From assembly GCF_001194135.2 (NCBI RefSeq), contig NC_068981.1, positions 17,032,191 to 17,083,334 of the forward strand: 51,144 bases of DNA. The letters are read 5' to 3'. The notes beneath the pieces were generated by a model. It was not told the origin of the DNA, did no database searches, and was given only the letters and a program-made list of their open reading frames with translations. Made by a program: the position numbers and the translations under genes. This DNA comes from Octopus bimaculoides (Eukaryota). Numbering within the stretch: position 1 is the first letter of the stretch; every line of letters begins with the position of its first letter. Shown piece by piece: positions 12,666 to 26,207 of this stretch.

Positions 12666-12870
12666 AAGGAGGTAATCTGGCAGAATCGTTAGTTCTCCGG
12701 ACAAAATGCTCAGCGGCATTTCGTCCGTCTTTAAGTTCCGAGTCCAAATTCTGGAGAAATCGACTTATCCTTTTATCCCTTTCGACGTCGATAAAATAAG
12801 TACCAGTTGAACACTGGGATTATTGTAACTGATTAAATCGCTGGCTATGTGCCAAAATTTGAAAGCAACA
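12666..12870 (+). mobile_element. SINE family D, old copy with tail type 3 (tgtgccaaaatttgaaa)
   Basis: A and B boxes plus gtcgataaaataagtaccagttg; tail shared with 32587-32803. Confidence 0.85.
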
Positions 12871-13430
12871 TTTCTCAACACTGGTTTGCTTCATCATGGC
12901 AGACTAGGGAACTACTACGACAGCAACAATAACTTCTTGAACTTTATACGTGGTAGACGACTAAGTGTTCGTCATAGCAACAGAAGCTGTTTAGTGTATG
13001 ACGACGCTTTACGAAGTGTGACTCTATGTATCTGATTTGTGAACCGAGGAGAGAATATACAATGAAGAACGTCTATAGATCTATGAACTCCGACTGATAT
13101 AATGTAAATTTGCAGATAATTAACGTTAGCTTTGTTTCACTTAATCACTCACTTCTGACACATACTTTGTCATATTTAATCTGTGTTTATATTTATTTAA
13201 TATATTTATTAATGTCTTCTATATTGTCTGCTTGCTTATATATGCACAAACCATGAGTTCAAACAAGGCAGCACGCACAAAAACCTATAAGTACAAAGTA
13301 GACTCGTATATATTTAACAAGATACACTTTCAAGAATACATATATGTGTGTGCATTATATGTGTGTGTGTCTGTCTGTCTGTTTATGTATAAATATATAT
13401 ATATATATGCGTTTCAAAAGTTATACATAC

Positions 13431-13461
<31 letters not shown>

Positions 13462-14476
13462 TAATGTAGGGTGGTGGCATATTTATTTAATTTTTATTTA
13501 TTGAAAATTCTAAAATATTGAAAAATATTGTTGATAATTTAATAAAAAAAAAATATTAATTTGGGGGAACAATTTTAAAGTTACATACAGACGATGTCTC
13601 TGTTAGCCTTGTATTATTGCAAAACTTAAATAAATGCTATTGATTTTGAAATTAGCAGCAAAGAATCAGTGTTATAAAAGCAAAATTTTTATTGCTTTTT
13701 TGTTATTGAAAAGTGACGGGTACATTTGGGGAGTTTCGGTGGTGGTGGTGGTGGTGGTGGTGGTACATTCAACTACTTTGGTCTGAGTAGCAGAAGCCAT
13801 TGTGCCATTATTTGTGAAGATGTTTTTCTTTTTATTTTATTTTATTTTTTTTTATGTTTTTTTTTTCGACTGGAACTGAAAGATTGTCTCGGGTCTTGAG
13901 TTTCAGACCATTGAGCTCCTTGTAAATTAACAGTTCAGTAAATGAGACCGGTACTATAACAAGCAGACTTAATAAAGTAAGTACGGAGGACTGTTTGTTC
14001 GACAAAATCCTTGACGGCGATGCCCCAACATGATCGCAGTCCAATGACAAAAACTAGTAAAATATATAAACGATAATAATTATACATAGACACAAGCATA
14101 AACATACACTCACACACAAACACATACTCATATATATATATATAAAGAATAATAATAAATGGAGCAAAATGCATATAATCAATATGTTCCTTTATATGCG
14201 TTTTGCTTCATTTATTCTTTATATCAACTCAAAATACATCACTTTAACAGGGAATTTCTATCCCTTAACCAGGTATAATATCCCAGTTTCTGTGAGATTT
14301 TTGCTACCCTGGTAACTATTAACATATTTGCATTATCGAAGTTTTTCAACCAAGATAATATTAGTATATACATAAATAATATATATATGTATATGTCTAC
14401 ACACACGCATATATATATTTATATATACGTACTTATATATGCATATGTATATATATGTATGTGTATGTATATGTTT

Positions 14477-14513
<37 letters not shown>

Positions 14514-14757
14514 CATATATATATATATCATGTAGGTAGAGGGTTATAGTTCAAGCTGTGTCCTCTTGAAGCACATCTACTGATTCCAGTACTCTAATTT
14601 CTTATGTGTAGATGTTGTATTTGTGAGATATGCATAAGAGCCAAAAACTACAGGAAAATATTTTTGCTAAGTAATTACATACCAAATCATGAGATTCGAA
14701 AAATATTTTTGATATAATTTTTTTCCGCATTACTCGTTTTTCATTTGCTACTAACAG

Positions 14758-14786
14758 ATACAAAATTGTAAATGAAGGAGAAACAT
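14758..14786 (+). other. Candidate 29-nt exon of an unidentified host gene
   Basis: Upstream T-rich tract and TACTAACAG acceptor, GTAAGT donor, one open frame (YKIVNEGET). Confidence 0.3.
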
Positions 14787-15744
14787 GTAAGTATTCTCCT
14801 ATTAGAAAATATTCAGACTGAGAATCAAATATTATTTTATTCTTTCTCTGAAGAACTTCTAATAGTTTCTCTTACATGTACAATTTTGTAACTTCCATTA
14901 TCAAAAGAAAGACATGTAATGATGAATAAGTAATACCAATAATATTTTCCGATCTCCTGTGTATATATATATAAATATGTGTGTGTTTCTCTTCTATTTT
15001 TTTAATTATTATATATCTTCCACTGAGGAGAGAGCCAGTTTCCAACAAAGATACATATGTATGGATGTGTATATANNNNNNNNNNNNNNNNNNNNNNNNN
15101 NNNNNNNNNNNNNNNNNNNNNNNNNNNNNNNNNNNNNNNNNNNNNNNNNNNNNNNNNNNNNNNNNNNNNNNNNNNNNNNNNNNNNNNNNNNNNNNNNNNN
15201 NNNNNNNNNNNNNNNNNNNNNNNNNNNNNNNNNNNNNNNNNNNNNNNNNNNNNNNNNNNNNNNNNNNNNNNNNNNNNNNNNNNNNNNNNNNNNNNNNNNN
15301 NNNNNNNNNNNNNNNNNNNNNNNNNNNNNNNNNNNNNNNNNNNNNNNNNNNNNNNNNNNNNNNNNNNNNNNNNNNNNNNNNNNNNNNNNNNNNNNNNNNN
15401 NNNNNNNNNNNNNNNNNNNNNNNNNNNNNNNNNNNNNNNNNNNNNNNNNNNNNNNNNNNNNNNNNNNNNNNNNNNNNNNNNNNNNNNNNNNNNNNNNNNN
15501 NNNNNNNNNNNNNNNNNNNNNNNNNNNNNNNNNNNNNNNNNNNNNNNNNNNNNNNNNNNNNNNNNNNNNNNNNNNNNNNNNNNNNNNNNNNNNNNNNNNN
15601 NNNNNNNNNNNNNNNNNNNNNNNNNNNNNNNNNNNNNNNNNNNNNNNNNNNNNNNNNNNNNNNNNNNNNNNNNNNNNNNNNNNNNNNNNNNNNNNNNNNN
15701 NNNNNNNNNNNNNNNNNNNNNNNNNNNNNNNNNNNNNNNNNNNN

Positions 15745-15786
<42 letters not shown>

Positions 15787-16149
15787 TATATATATTGACA
15801 CAATACCCTATGATGATTGCGGTTATTCAAAACAATCTAAATATTTGTAATGAATAAACGATTGAACCGGAACTTATACGTGACTGGTAATTATTTCATT
15901 GATTCCTGAGGTAAAATTATCTAGGAGGTATTAAAACTCGAAATATTATTACTGGAAATGTATTGTGGATTCTACATTCTAATTTGAAAATACATTGCTT
16001 CCTAACATAGACACGGGATCATACAATTGGAGGAGAGAACATTCGATTAAGTCGCTCTCGGTACATAGCTGGTTCTTATATTATCGCGTTCAGATAGGTA
16101 AGAAGCAAAACATTAAGTATACTGAAAAATAATTTCGTATTTTCAAGCA

Positions 16150-16490
16150 AATAGCATGAGGTTCAACCACAACATATCCCTGAGGCTTAGACTTTATTAT
16201 TCCACTATGCAAGATCATCTGAAACAGATTGGAAAAGTGCACTGAGAAGGGAAGGATAACTCATGAGCTATCTCACAAGAGTAATCAGGTAAAGTTATTA
16301 GGCTGGGAAATCTGTAACTCATCCTCCCTCCTCAGCAGACCTCGTACCATCATTTAGTACTAGGTCTCAAAACTTTACCAATGGAAAGACATTCAGAAGC
16401 AAGGACGAAGTCGAAAAGTCAGTTGAAACATTTCTTTCTTTTCTAAAGAACTTGATTCTTTTGACCAGAAGAATGAGAGAACTGGTTATT
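16150..16490 (+). pseudogene. Internally deleted mariner transposase relic (Mos1/Hsmar1-like)
   Basis: Reads YSTMQDHLKQIGKV...ITHELS // LLGWEI(fs)THPPSSADLVPS..SQNFTNGKTFRSKDEVEKSVETF, matching the WVPHEL and HPPYSPDLAPSDY regions. Confidence 0.75.
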
Positions 16491-16921
16491 ATATTTTGAA
16501 TGTTTTCGAGACCCCTAATAGATCTCGTCAGGATTCGAACTTAGAAGGTAAATGGGTCTAACTTATACGGCGAGATACACGGTCTTACTCTTTACTGCTT
16601 CTGCTAAACTACCAGAACCCAGACTAATATTTATTTAATAGTGCTACAAGACTGAATTGGTGGGGAGGTGATGTAGATTATGTCGCTTTGGACTTGTATT
16701 TTATCAAGTAGACATGACTTTGAAGATATTTTGGTCCGTATCTTATTTAATGTTACAGACAACGTTTATAAGTTGTGAATATAATTTTCCACACAGTGGG
16801 ACATTATATTGTGGTCTGAATGTTAGGATGAGTTTAAAATGGATATTACTAACATTATTAATTATTTATAAATTTAAAAACGATATATTAACATCATTGT
16901 TTAATTCCACTGACTCAAAAT

Positions 16922-17095
16922 ATCCGTAAGTGATTCCAATAGACAAGGTTGATCCATCTATTTTATTTTGAAGTGAATGCTTAGTGGTTCTTCACCTTTG
17001 AATGTCAAAATTCAGGCTATCCGTGATTCTAATAGACAAGGTCGATCCTATAATTTTGTTGTGAAGTGAACATTTTGTGGTACTTTTAAATTCTG
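16922..17095. repeat. Diverged ~95-bp tandem duplication
   Basis: gtgattccaatagacaaggttgatcc...tgaagtgaa vs gtgattctaatagacaaggtcgatcc...tgaagtgaa. Confidence 0.85.
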
Positions 17096-17657
17096 TGTTC
17101 ACTGATAAAATAGTTCTTTACCGAATCGAATCGTTAAAAATTTCCAATTACTGCTGAGAACGTTTTTAGCGTCAGTTATAAACTTGAGCTTGTATCATTC
17201 AAACGTAGATAGTTTTTTCACGCAAGAAATTTCCCTCCAGGGTTTTGTCAGTTTATTAAAAGATTTCAACCAAATTCATAGAATTCTTTGAAGTTTCCTT
17301 GATGTGTCTCCAAAGATATGTAAGGAGTGTTCCACTCAGCAATATTGACTTTACTTCAGCGTCTCGGGAAATATCAAGTGTTCTACAAATATATACACAT
17401 CTTACAGTACTTAGTGAGTCTCGGTAGTAATGTTATTGATGTGTATTTATTAAATAATAGAGAGAAAATTAAATCAGAGTTAATTTCTTCATTGCCTCTC
17501 GTTGTTCCCCATGATAGTGAAGGCGGTGATCCAGAATAGTCTCGGTTATATTGACTAAAACAAACCGAAGATCAAAATAACGAGTAGGACAAAGGACAAT
17601 GATATGTGTGTGTATGCGTATGTATGTGAGTGTGTTGTGTGTGTGTATATATATATA

Positions 17658-17726
<69 letters not shown>

Positions 17727-17731
<5 letters not shown>

Positions 17732-18055
17732 GTTCAGTGGTTGGAGTGTCGTGCTCACAATCATGAAGTATTGGGTTCGACTCCCGGACCGGGCTGTGTG
17801 TTGTGTTCTTGAGCATGACACTTTACTTCATGTTACTCCAGTTCACTCAGCTGTAGAAATGAGTTGCTACGTCACTGGTGCCGAGCTGTATCGACGTTTG
17901 CCTTTCCCTAGGTTAACATCGGTGGCGTGGAGAGGGTAGGCTTGGATGCATGGGCGACTGCTAGTCTTCCATAGAACATCCTTGCCCGCACTTGTGCCTC
18001 GGCGAGGAACTTTCTAGGTGCAATCCTATGGTCATAAATTACCGAAGGATGAGTC
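17727..18055 (+). mobile_element. SINE family E (tRNA-derived head plus Meta/MESC-like central domain)
   Basis: A-box TGGTTCAGTGG and B-box GGTTCGACTCC; gtgttcttgagcatgacactttact...ccagttcactcagctgtagaaatgagt resembles conserved metazoan SINE middle domains (family name unverified). Confidence 0.8.
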
Positions 18056-18062
18056 AAAAATA

Positions 18063-19321
18063 TACGAGGTAAATCAAAAATTATCCGCACTTTCACCATA
18101 ACATATCTCTATTATTGTTACACTGCCTTCTGCGCATGCGCGCTTATAGTTGCTATTATTGTAGGCACATGATCAAAGTTTGATCCTGGTTGCGCCATTT
18201 TTCTTTCTCACTTTACAATGTAAGAGCATGACCGCCCTACTAGCAATATGCACCAAAGATGAACAAAGAGCAGGGATCCGATTTCTCTGGTTGGAAGGTG
18301 TGTCAGGTGCTAAAATTCATTGGTGGCGTTTAGCACAATACGGGGACAGTGCACTACCGCTTAGAAGTGTGGATGAGTAGTTCGAAAACTTTAAAAGTGA
18401 CCGGACAAGCGTGATGTAACCTCTACCACTGACGAGAACATTCAGCAAGTTCGAGAGATGGTAATGATGAACCGGCGAGTTATCATCGATGAGGTGACTC
18501 GTTTTCTGTAGATTAGTTACAGTTCTGCCTATCGAATAATCCACGATGAGTTCGGCTTCCATAAAGTCTGTGAAAGATGAGTGCCAAGAAAGCTTACGGC
18601 AGAGCACAAGCGCAAACGTCTTGAAGTCTGCGAACGATGAGGGCGAGGAATTTTTGAGCAGAATAGTCACAGGAGATGAAACGTGAGTACATCATTATGA
18701 GGTAGAATCCAAAAGACAGAGTATGGAGAGGAAATATCCTGGCTCGCCTGCGACGAAGAAATTCAAGACTCAGTCTTCCGCGGGAAAGGTGACGCTAACC
18801 ATTTTTGGGGACTCAAAATGGCCTATAATGGAAGACTATCTCGAAAAGGGGTGTACGGTCAACAGTGCTAGATAATGATTTGCTGGCCAACAAACTGAAG
18901 CCAGCAATTTTCACCAAACGCCCAAGCTTATTGTCGAAGTAAGTTTTGTTGTTTCATGACAATGCATGCCCACACACGACCGCCCAGACCGTTGAAACCA
19001 TTAATCAATTGAGTTTTGAATACTCTGCCTGCAGTCCAAATCTCGCCCCTTCCGACTATCATATCTTCGAACCGCTCAAAGATGGTTTACAAGGTTGTCG
19101 ATTTCCTAGAGATGAAAATGTGAAGGAAGCGGTGCATAAATGGTTGCACGACGAATCGAAACCTTTTTCTTGGTGGGAATACGCAAGCTTGTGGATCGCT
19201 GGATCAAGTACATCGAAGAGGAAGGAGACTATATAGAAGAACAACGTACTTGCTTACCCCCTGGTTTTCTGTAGATACATTGACAAAACAAGAGTACGTA
19301 TACATTTTGACTCTCCCTCGT
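18063..19321 (+). mobile_element. Near full-length decayed mariner (DD34D) transposon, irritans/Himar1-like
   Basis: TA-flanked left end tacgaggtaaatcaaaaattatccgcac; imperfect right TIR gtacgtatacattttgactctccctcgt abutting a 10-N gap; transposase motifs present. Confidence 0.93.
18228..19240 (+). pseudogene. Mariner transposase pseudogene
   Basis: MTALLAICTKDEQRAGIRFLW...*VPRKLT...RIVTGDET*VHHYE...SAGKV...FHDNACPH...SPNLAPSDYHIF...GDYIE, with several stops, frameshifts and deletions. Confidence 0.93.
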
Positions 19322-19360
19322 NNNNNNNNNNATATGCATGTACGTGTATATATATACATA

Positions 19361-19580
19361 TACGAGACGGTACTAAAACGTTCCTGGCTTTAAAGGGGTC
19401 GCGAAAGGTCTGGTCGGAGGCCCAAACTTCCGAGTCCTTTTACAGGGTCTAGAAAACTGGATGACCGACCGCACCAATAAACGTGCGAATCTGAGAGGGG
19501 AATATGTTGAACAAAATCATAATTAACTGATCCTCTTGTATTTTCTTTTACCCAAAGCCAGGAACTACCCATCACACTAA
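19361..19580 (+). mobile_element. Mariner-derived MITE retaining only the transposase C-terminus
   Basis: TIR core gttcctggcttt (19380-19391) / aaagccaggaac (19554-19565); internal aatctgagaggggaatatgttgaa encodes NLRGEYVE. Confidence 0.8.
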
Positions 19581-19648
19581 TATACATAAAATATATGCAT
19601 GCATATGTGTATTTGTTTACACCTAATACATATAATATGTATTATCAG

Positions 19649-19727
19649 CTTGAGCGCGAAGAAGCCGTGGCCATGCGGCGGCAGTACCATTAGCATAGGC
19701 CTCACCCTGTCTCTCTTTCCGAGCATT
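19649..19727 (+). other. Candidate 79-nt GC-rich exon
   Basis: CpG-rich patch in AT-rich surroundings, bounded by ttatcAG and GTAAGT; one open frame LSAKKPWPCGGSTISIGLTLSLFPSI. Confidence 0.25.
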
Positions 19728-20341
19728 GTAAGTATAGCATACTCAGTTAATTCATGAAAGTGGTATCAAATTCAATATGTCACGAGTACATTATAACAGT
19801 ATTAAATATTGAACAATAATAGTAAGTAATAGGAGGCAACACATGAAAATATTGAATTAACCCCAGACGTGAAACAGGAATATTTTAGATTGATTATGAT
19901 TTTTAAATGTTCTCTACGTACGTAAAAGCATCGAATATCAAAATACGTAAAATTCAATATAACAAATCTCAGTTATACATTTTATATAAAGCACCAAATA
20001 TCAATTTTAATTATCTTCATAAGAGACAAAAACCATAAGTATTTAACATTCTGGAAATATAATTTTCAATATTAGGAACGAATACATACATAAATACACA
20101 CATAGATACATACATAAATACATACATTTATGCATTCATGTTTCATACACACACATATGTACATACATGTATGCATATGTACACACATCCACGTAATCAT
20201 ATATGCATACAAACATACATATGTACACATAGGAATATTGTGTAGTTGTATTGTTGTATGCCATAGATCCATTCATACATAGATAAATATCTATATGCGT
20301 GTTCGTGAATGTGTGTATGTATATATGTATGTGTGCTTATA

Positions 20342-20386
<45 letters not shown>

Positions 20387-20839
20387 ACACACATACATAT
20401 ATATANNNNNNNNNNNNNNNNNNNNNNNNNNNNNNNNNNNNNNNNNNNNNNNNNNNNNNNNNNNNNNNNNNNNNNNNNNNNNNNNNNNNNNNNNNNNNNN
20501 NNNNNNNNNNNNNNNNNNNNNNNNNNNNNNNNNNNNNNNNNNNNNNNNNNNNNNNNNNNNNNNNNNNNNNNNNNNNNNNNCTCATAAAAAAAACGTTTAC
20601 TTCCGGTGAATTTAAAATCTAAATTCGGGTTCTGAGGAATAAAATACAAAGATGTAGCATGTGGATTGACACACTCGTTTCGGTATCTAAAAAGAGAGCC
20701 AAGTATTCAGGCACTTAACTATAAGCAGAAACAGCTGTAAGCTAATGAAGACCATAAGATAATTGTTTATGTTTTTTCTCATCTCATTTTCTTATTAATG
20801 TTCTGGTCCCAACAAACGCTTCGTACAGAAGTATATGTA

Positions 20840-21280
20840 TTCTTTTCTTTTATTCTTATATTCGTTTCAGTCAATTGACTGCAGCCATGCTGGAGCACCG
20901 CCTTTAGTCGAACAAATCGACAATAGGACTTATTCTTTGTAAGCCTAGTAGTTATTCTATCCTTTTCTTTTGCCGAACCGCTAGGCTACGAGGACGTAAA
21001 CACACCAACATCGGCTGTCAAGCGATGGTGGGGGAACAAACACACACATACACAAACACACACAGGGACACATATATATACATACATATATATATATACA
21101 TATATATATTATATACGACAGGCTTTTTTCAGTTTCCGTCTACCAAATCCACTGATAAGTCTTTGGTCGACCCGGGGCTACAGTAGAAGACACTTGCCCA
21201 AAGTGCCACGCAGTGGGAATGAACCCAGAACCATGTGGTTGGTAAGCAAGCTACTTACCGCACAGTCACTCCTGCGCCTA
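20840..21280 (-). mobile_element. SINE family A, full-length copy
   Basis: Same architecture as 3595-4002, with a longer CA/TA linker. Confidence 0.93.
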
Positions 21281-21979
21281 CTCCAAGTTATCAGTTTCGC
21301 AATGCCTAAATCGAATATACTTCTGTGTGAGGTGTGTGTGTGCCCGCGCGCGTATACATATATATTCGTGTGTGTGCGTATGTTTGTATGTATGTATGTA
21401 TATTTGTTTAAATTTTATTTTAAAATATATGAATGTAGACATGACGACTTGTTAAGAAGTTTCTTTGCAATCCTGAATACATGGATTCGTTCTCACAACG
21501 TTACATCTTGGTCGCGTGTCTTATGCCAAAGCGTCGATTAGATCTGAGACTTATGTGTAAGACTGGATAGACTGAAACAGGGAAATAACTGAAACAAAAA
21601 TACAGACAAGAAGGGAATTCTATACAGTGTTTAATGCTGGGCCTGGGACTACAGAAACAATATGGCTGACTATAAGAAAGACAAGCGAAACTGTGTATCT
21701 GAGAGGAAAAATGGCACGAAACCAAACTGTTATGATGACGAAAGATCACGTGGCAGCAGAGCGTTTGTGGACCAGATTTTAACAGTCTGGTGGTCAATTT
21801 GTGGGTGCGGTATTTGTAGCAGAAGGACTGTCCCAGATTTTGAATCATTATTGTTATGGATCTCAATGGAATTTAGCAAGGAGTTAGCAACTGTTATACT
21901 TAGCACCATATATTGAGTCCTCTGTTTCCCTATCGGTGGTAGAAAGTGATATTTTGTTGTATAGTAAATATTTTTGTGT

Positions 21980-22192
21980 AGTGTATATGAATTTGTGTGT
22001 GTGTGTGTGTCTGCATGCATGCATGCGTGTGTGTGTGTGTGTGCGCGCGCGCGCGCGCGTGTGTGTGTGTGTCTGCATGTGTGCGTTGTGAGTATGTCTG
22101 CGTTTGTGTGTGTGCCTGTATGTGTGTGTGTGTATGTGTGTGTTTGTGTATGTTTGTGTGTGTGTATGTGTGTGCTTGTGTGTGTGTGAATG
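21980..22192. repeat. Imperfect (TG)n/(CG)n microsatellite
   Basis: Directly visible. Confidence 0.95.
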
Positions 22193-22489
22193 TATTACAA
22201 AAAGGTGCTATAATTCTGTACTTTATTGCATAAAACGTATCGCAAAATCTAGCTAATTAGATTATACGTAAATTAAATCCGACCAGATCACAAATGCAAA
22301 TTCGACGGTTGTGCATGATACACTATTATTTAAGTTAATACACTTTGCATGTTATTTACAGTATTCACTGTCATTCCCTTTGAATTACGGTTCAGTCAAC
22401 ATTTATCCTGTTTTAAGCAACAGATCTATCGACATTTCACGTTCGATGTACATATGGAGACAAAAGTTGAATAATATAAATATGAAAGT

Positions 22490-22905
22490 TAAAAAAGTAA
22501 TTTTAAATTCTCAAATGCATGATAATGCTAATAATATAGCCTGAACAGGATAAACTACCCCTATTTTGCAGAAAGAAGTTTAGGTCACCAGCTATGAGAC
22601 ACGAACTCACACCTCCGTAATTACGCTTCGCGGTGCTCTCAACCAATTAAGCTAAACTGCCCCACCACAAGTGTTTCTGCAAATTTAAGACGTATAGAAA
22701 TCTTGCATTATGAGACGCTATTATATGTTAAATTCAAACTACGATGAACGTAAACAAAGAAACGAAGTTTGCTTTTAGAAGCGTTGAGATGTCTTAGAAA
22801 GTTAAAGAAGTGATTTTAAATTCTCAAACGCAGGATAATGCTAATAATATAGCCTTAACAGGATAAGCTACCCTTATTTTGTAGAAAAAAGTGTAGGCGG
22901 CCAGC
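22490..22905. repeat. ~100-bp direct repeat at ~312-bp period flanking the tRNA-like unit
   Basis: attttaaattctcaaa..ca.gataatgctaataatatagcct.aacaggataa.ctaccc.tattttg at ~22499 and ~22812. Confidence 0.9.
22587..22661 (-). pseudogene. tRNA-like sequence (tRNA pseudogene or tRNA-derived repeat head)
   Basis: Acceptor CAGTT/AGCTG, D arm GCTT/GAGC with TAGCTTAATTGG A-box, T arm GTGAG-TTCGTGT-CTCAT; aberrant anticodon arm with a 9-nt loop containing CGT. Confidence 0.6.
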
Positions 22906-23099
22906 TTATTAAATTGAAAAGTCTTCCTTCGCCAAATCATAGAGTATAAGGTAGAAAGTCTGTCAGATTTGGACGATTTGAGTGTTTGGAAATCATCTTC
23001 GCGAGTAGACACCTTCTAAATTGCCATTCAAATGGAATTCATCTTGCCTTCGCTGAACTTTTAAATAGTTAAAGCATATCAATCCCTCGTTATATCCAG

Positions 23100-23645
23100 C
23101 GAGGAAAAGAGTAACAAGTATATTTAAACCCCAAATTCTGCTATATACTTTCCTTCTTATATTGTATATATTTTATGTTTTGCACAGTAACGTTATATTG
23201 TTACACATTCTTCCACTCTTTACTTAAGTGACCCGTGAACTAAAATTGCTCTCTCCTTGTAATATGATTTTTTTTTTCATATTCGTCCCACTTGTATTAG
23301 CACTACTCACATTATTATTGATAGGACTGCTTAGTTTCTATCTTTCACTTCACAGAAAACCGAATAAATATGTTCTCAACCACAGCTCCCATCTTTAAAT
23401 TGTCTTTATATCTTAAGACTCTTCACATTAAATCACATCTGTATACGTATTTATTGCTCCTTTCGACACTCCTAATATTACTTCTCAAAAAAAAAACCCT
23501 AACATGAAATACAACAGAAATATTTTAAACCAATTAGCATCAATCATTTTGCCTCATTTCACTATAAATCCTTTATTTATCACCCCTGTATAGCATTTTC
23601 AATATCACATCCGATATCAGTCCATACTTTTGTATCATCTAATCA
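23100..23645 (-). pseudogene. Highly decayed CR1/L2-like reverse transcriptase relic
   Basis: Minus strand reads DDTKVWTDIGCDIENAIQG** ... KKSYYKER ... SLK*RVEE, resembling the YADDTK...LQ.DL and SYEERL...RR regions. Confidence 0.4.
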
Positions 23646-24998
23646 TATATCTCTTCATTATGAGATATATCATTTTTAATATAGGACATTTATTAAACAA
23701 GTAGTCACTGGATCAAGAAGAGTTATCGCTTGAATGATTGTACCCTGAGTAACAAAAGAGTGATTTATCACAATTGAATGAATACAACTACATGTATCAA
23801 ATACTTTTTCCCACTTGGCTTATCCAAAATCAACTGTATATATGTGTGAGTGTGTATGTGTTTGTGTGCATACGCGTGTATGTAGGTATGCATATTCATA
23901 TGTATATATGTATGCATATAAGTAAAATGGCGGATATGGAACGAGGGGAATAAAAGGCAGAGTGTTTGGTAGAGAAAAATTCAAAGAGCAGTGAACAAAG
24001 TGTAAGTACAAAAAAAGAAGACCATAAAATATGGTGTACAGCGAACTGTAGGTCGAAAGAAGCATAAAGAGAAAAGAAGTAGACGAACATATCAGGTGGA
24101 CATTTCATCAAGAAAGAGAAAGGAACAAGATAAAAGAAACAAGTAAGGAAACGATATCATTCTAAAGAACAACGTGTATATTTTACTATTAAATTCTGTA
24201 GTTACATGTATGTATGTATGTATGTATGTATGTATGCGTGTATGTATGTATATTGTGTGTGCGTTTGTGTTTGTATGTGTATGTATGTATATATATGTAT
24301 ATATATATATATGTGTGTGTGTATCTATACACGTGTGTATATATGTACATATGTACATATGTGTGTGTATAAATACACGTGTGTATATATACATAAACAC
24401 ATGTATATATATATATATATATATATATNNNNNNNNNNNNNNNNNNNNNNNNNNNNNNNNNNNNNNNNNNNNNNNNNNNNNNNNNNNNNNNNNNNNNNNN
24501 NNNNNNNNNNNNNNNNNNNNNNNNNNNNNNNNNNNNNNNNNNNNNNNNNNNNNNNNNNNNNNNNNNNNNNNNNNNNNNNNNNNNNNNNNNNNNNNNNNNN
24601 NNNNNNNNNNNNNNNNNNNNNNNNNNNNNNNNNNNNNNNNNNNNNNNNNNNNNNNNNNNNNNNNNNNNNNNNNNNNNNNNNNNNNNNNNNNNNNNNNNNN
24701 NNNNNNNNNNNNNNNNNNNNNNNNNNNNNNNNNNNNNNNNNNNNNNNNNNNNNNNNNNNNNNNNNNNNNNNNNNNNNNNNNNNNNNNNNNNNNNNNNNNN
24801 NNNNNNNNNNNNNNNNNNNNNNNNNNNNNNNNNNNNNNNNNNNNNNNNNNNNNNNNNNNNNNNNNNNNNNNNNNNNNNNNNNNNNNNNNNNNNNNNNNNN
24901 NNNNNNNNNNNNNNNNNNNNNNNNNNNNNNNNNNNNNNNNNNNNNNNNNNNNNNNNNNNNNNNNNNNNNNNNNNNNNNNNNNNNNNNNNNNNNNNNNN

Positions 24999-25066
<68 letters not shown>

Positions 25067-25169
25067 TACGCGCATGTGTATTTGTGTATATCTGCAGACA
25101 CACCATACCACGTTACACATAAACACAAACACTTTCACATACAGACTTTTACATAGGCACAATTTCGCA

Positions 25170-25320
25170 TATCAGACACGCACTCGTAGACACACGCTTA
25201 CACACACTCACACGGAGACACACGCTTAGACACACTCACACGATTACACACGCTTACACACACTCACACATAGACACACGATCACACACTGACATGTAGA
25301 CACGATTACACACGCACTGC
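25170..25320. repeat. CA-derived degenerate minisatellite (cacacgctta/cacacactca/cacgatta units)
   Basis: Directly visible. Confidence 0.75.
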
Positions 25321-26085
25321 CACATATATTTTTGCATGTTTCTGATGTAGTTAGAACATATATTCTCTACCTGTTCGATAATTCTGCAAGTGCTTTTTCT
25401 GTTTTGCTATTCCTAGAGGTAGTATTAAACAAAAATTGGTTCTAGTGAATTGCTTGTAGAATATCTTCTGTTCCAACTGATCAATACAATTTTCGATATT
25501 GTCAAGAGAGAAGTTCCATTTGGAAACGAAATAATACATTCTACTTTTAATTTTCTTTCAGACACATCAAAAACTAAAATATATTTGGAAAAAAAATCTT
25601 TCGTAATTTAGTTCTGAGTGACTTCGCATGTATTTGGTGATTAACTAAATTGAGGATTATACAATAAGGATCGGATTAGTAGGAATTATCTTGATGAGTA
25701 CAGTTTAATTGCATGACTTGACGATTGTTATTTGTATTATTTATTTGCAGTAAAAGTTTTTTGCTTTCTTTTGACCAAACAATAAAGATGAGTTCTGCTG
25801 GAAATGGCTCAGATAGTACATAATAGATACAGGTTCTGTAGAATATATTTTGGTATTTCATGATTCTCATTTCTAAACACATCAGAATAAAACCAAATCA
25901 CTGATTTACACAAGGGTCAAGGTAGATTCTCAAAGAAATGACCATATGTTTAGTTTTTTTTTTTTGTTTTTTCAATAGGTGCCTTTATTATGGTTTGAAG
26001 AAATCGACGATTAGGAAAAAAACGACACTGTTCATAAATTAGGAAAAGGTCATGACTGTGCATTATATCACTTTCATTTTCCAGG

Positions 26086-26207
26086 TAGATACACAGGAGT
26101 GGTTGTGTTGTAAGAAGCTTACTTACCAATCACATGGTTCCGGGTTCAGAGTCACCTTGAGAAAGTGTCTTCTACTATAGCCTCGGGCCGACCAAAGCCT
26201 TGTGAGT
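26086..26207 (+). mobile_element. SINE family A 5' half
   Basis: aggagtggttgtgttgtaag...ccgggttcag...gtgtcttctactatagcctcgggccgaccaaagccttgtgag. Confidence 0.85.

Noticed and set aside
21480-21920. GC-balanced block possibly from an L1/Tx1 3' end (ETIWLT...)
   Set aside because: Similarity too weak to support by eye
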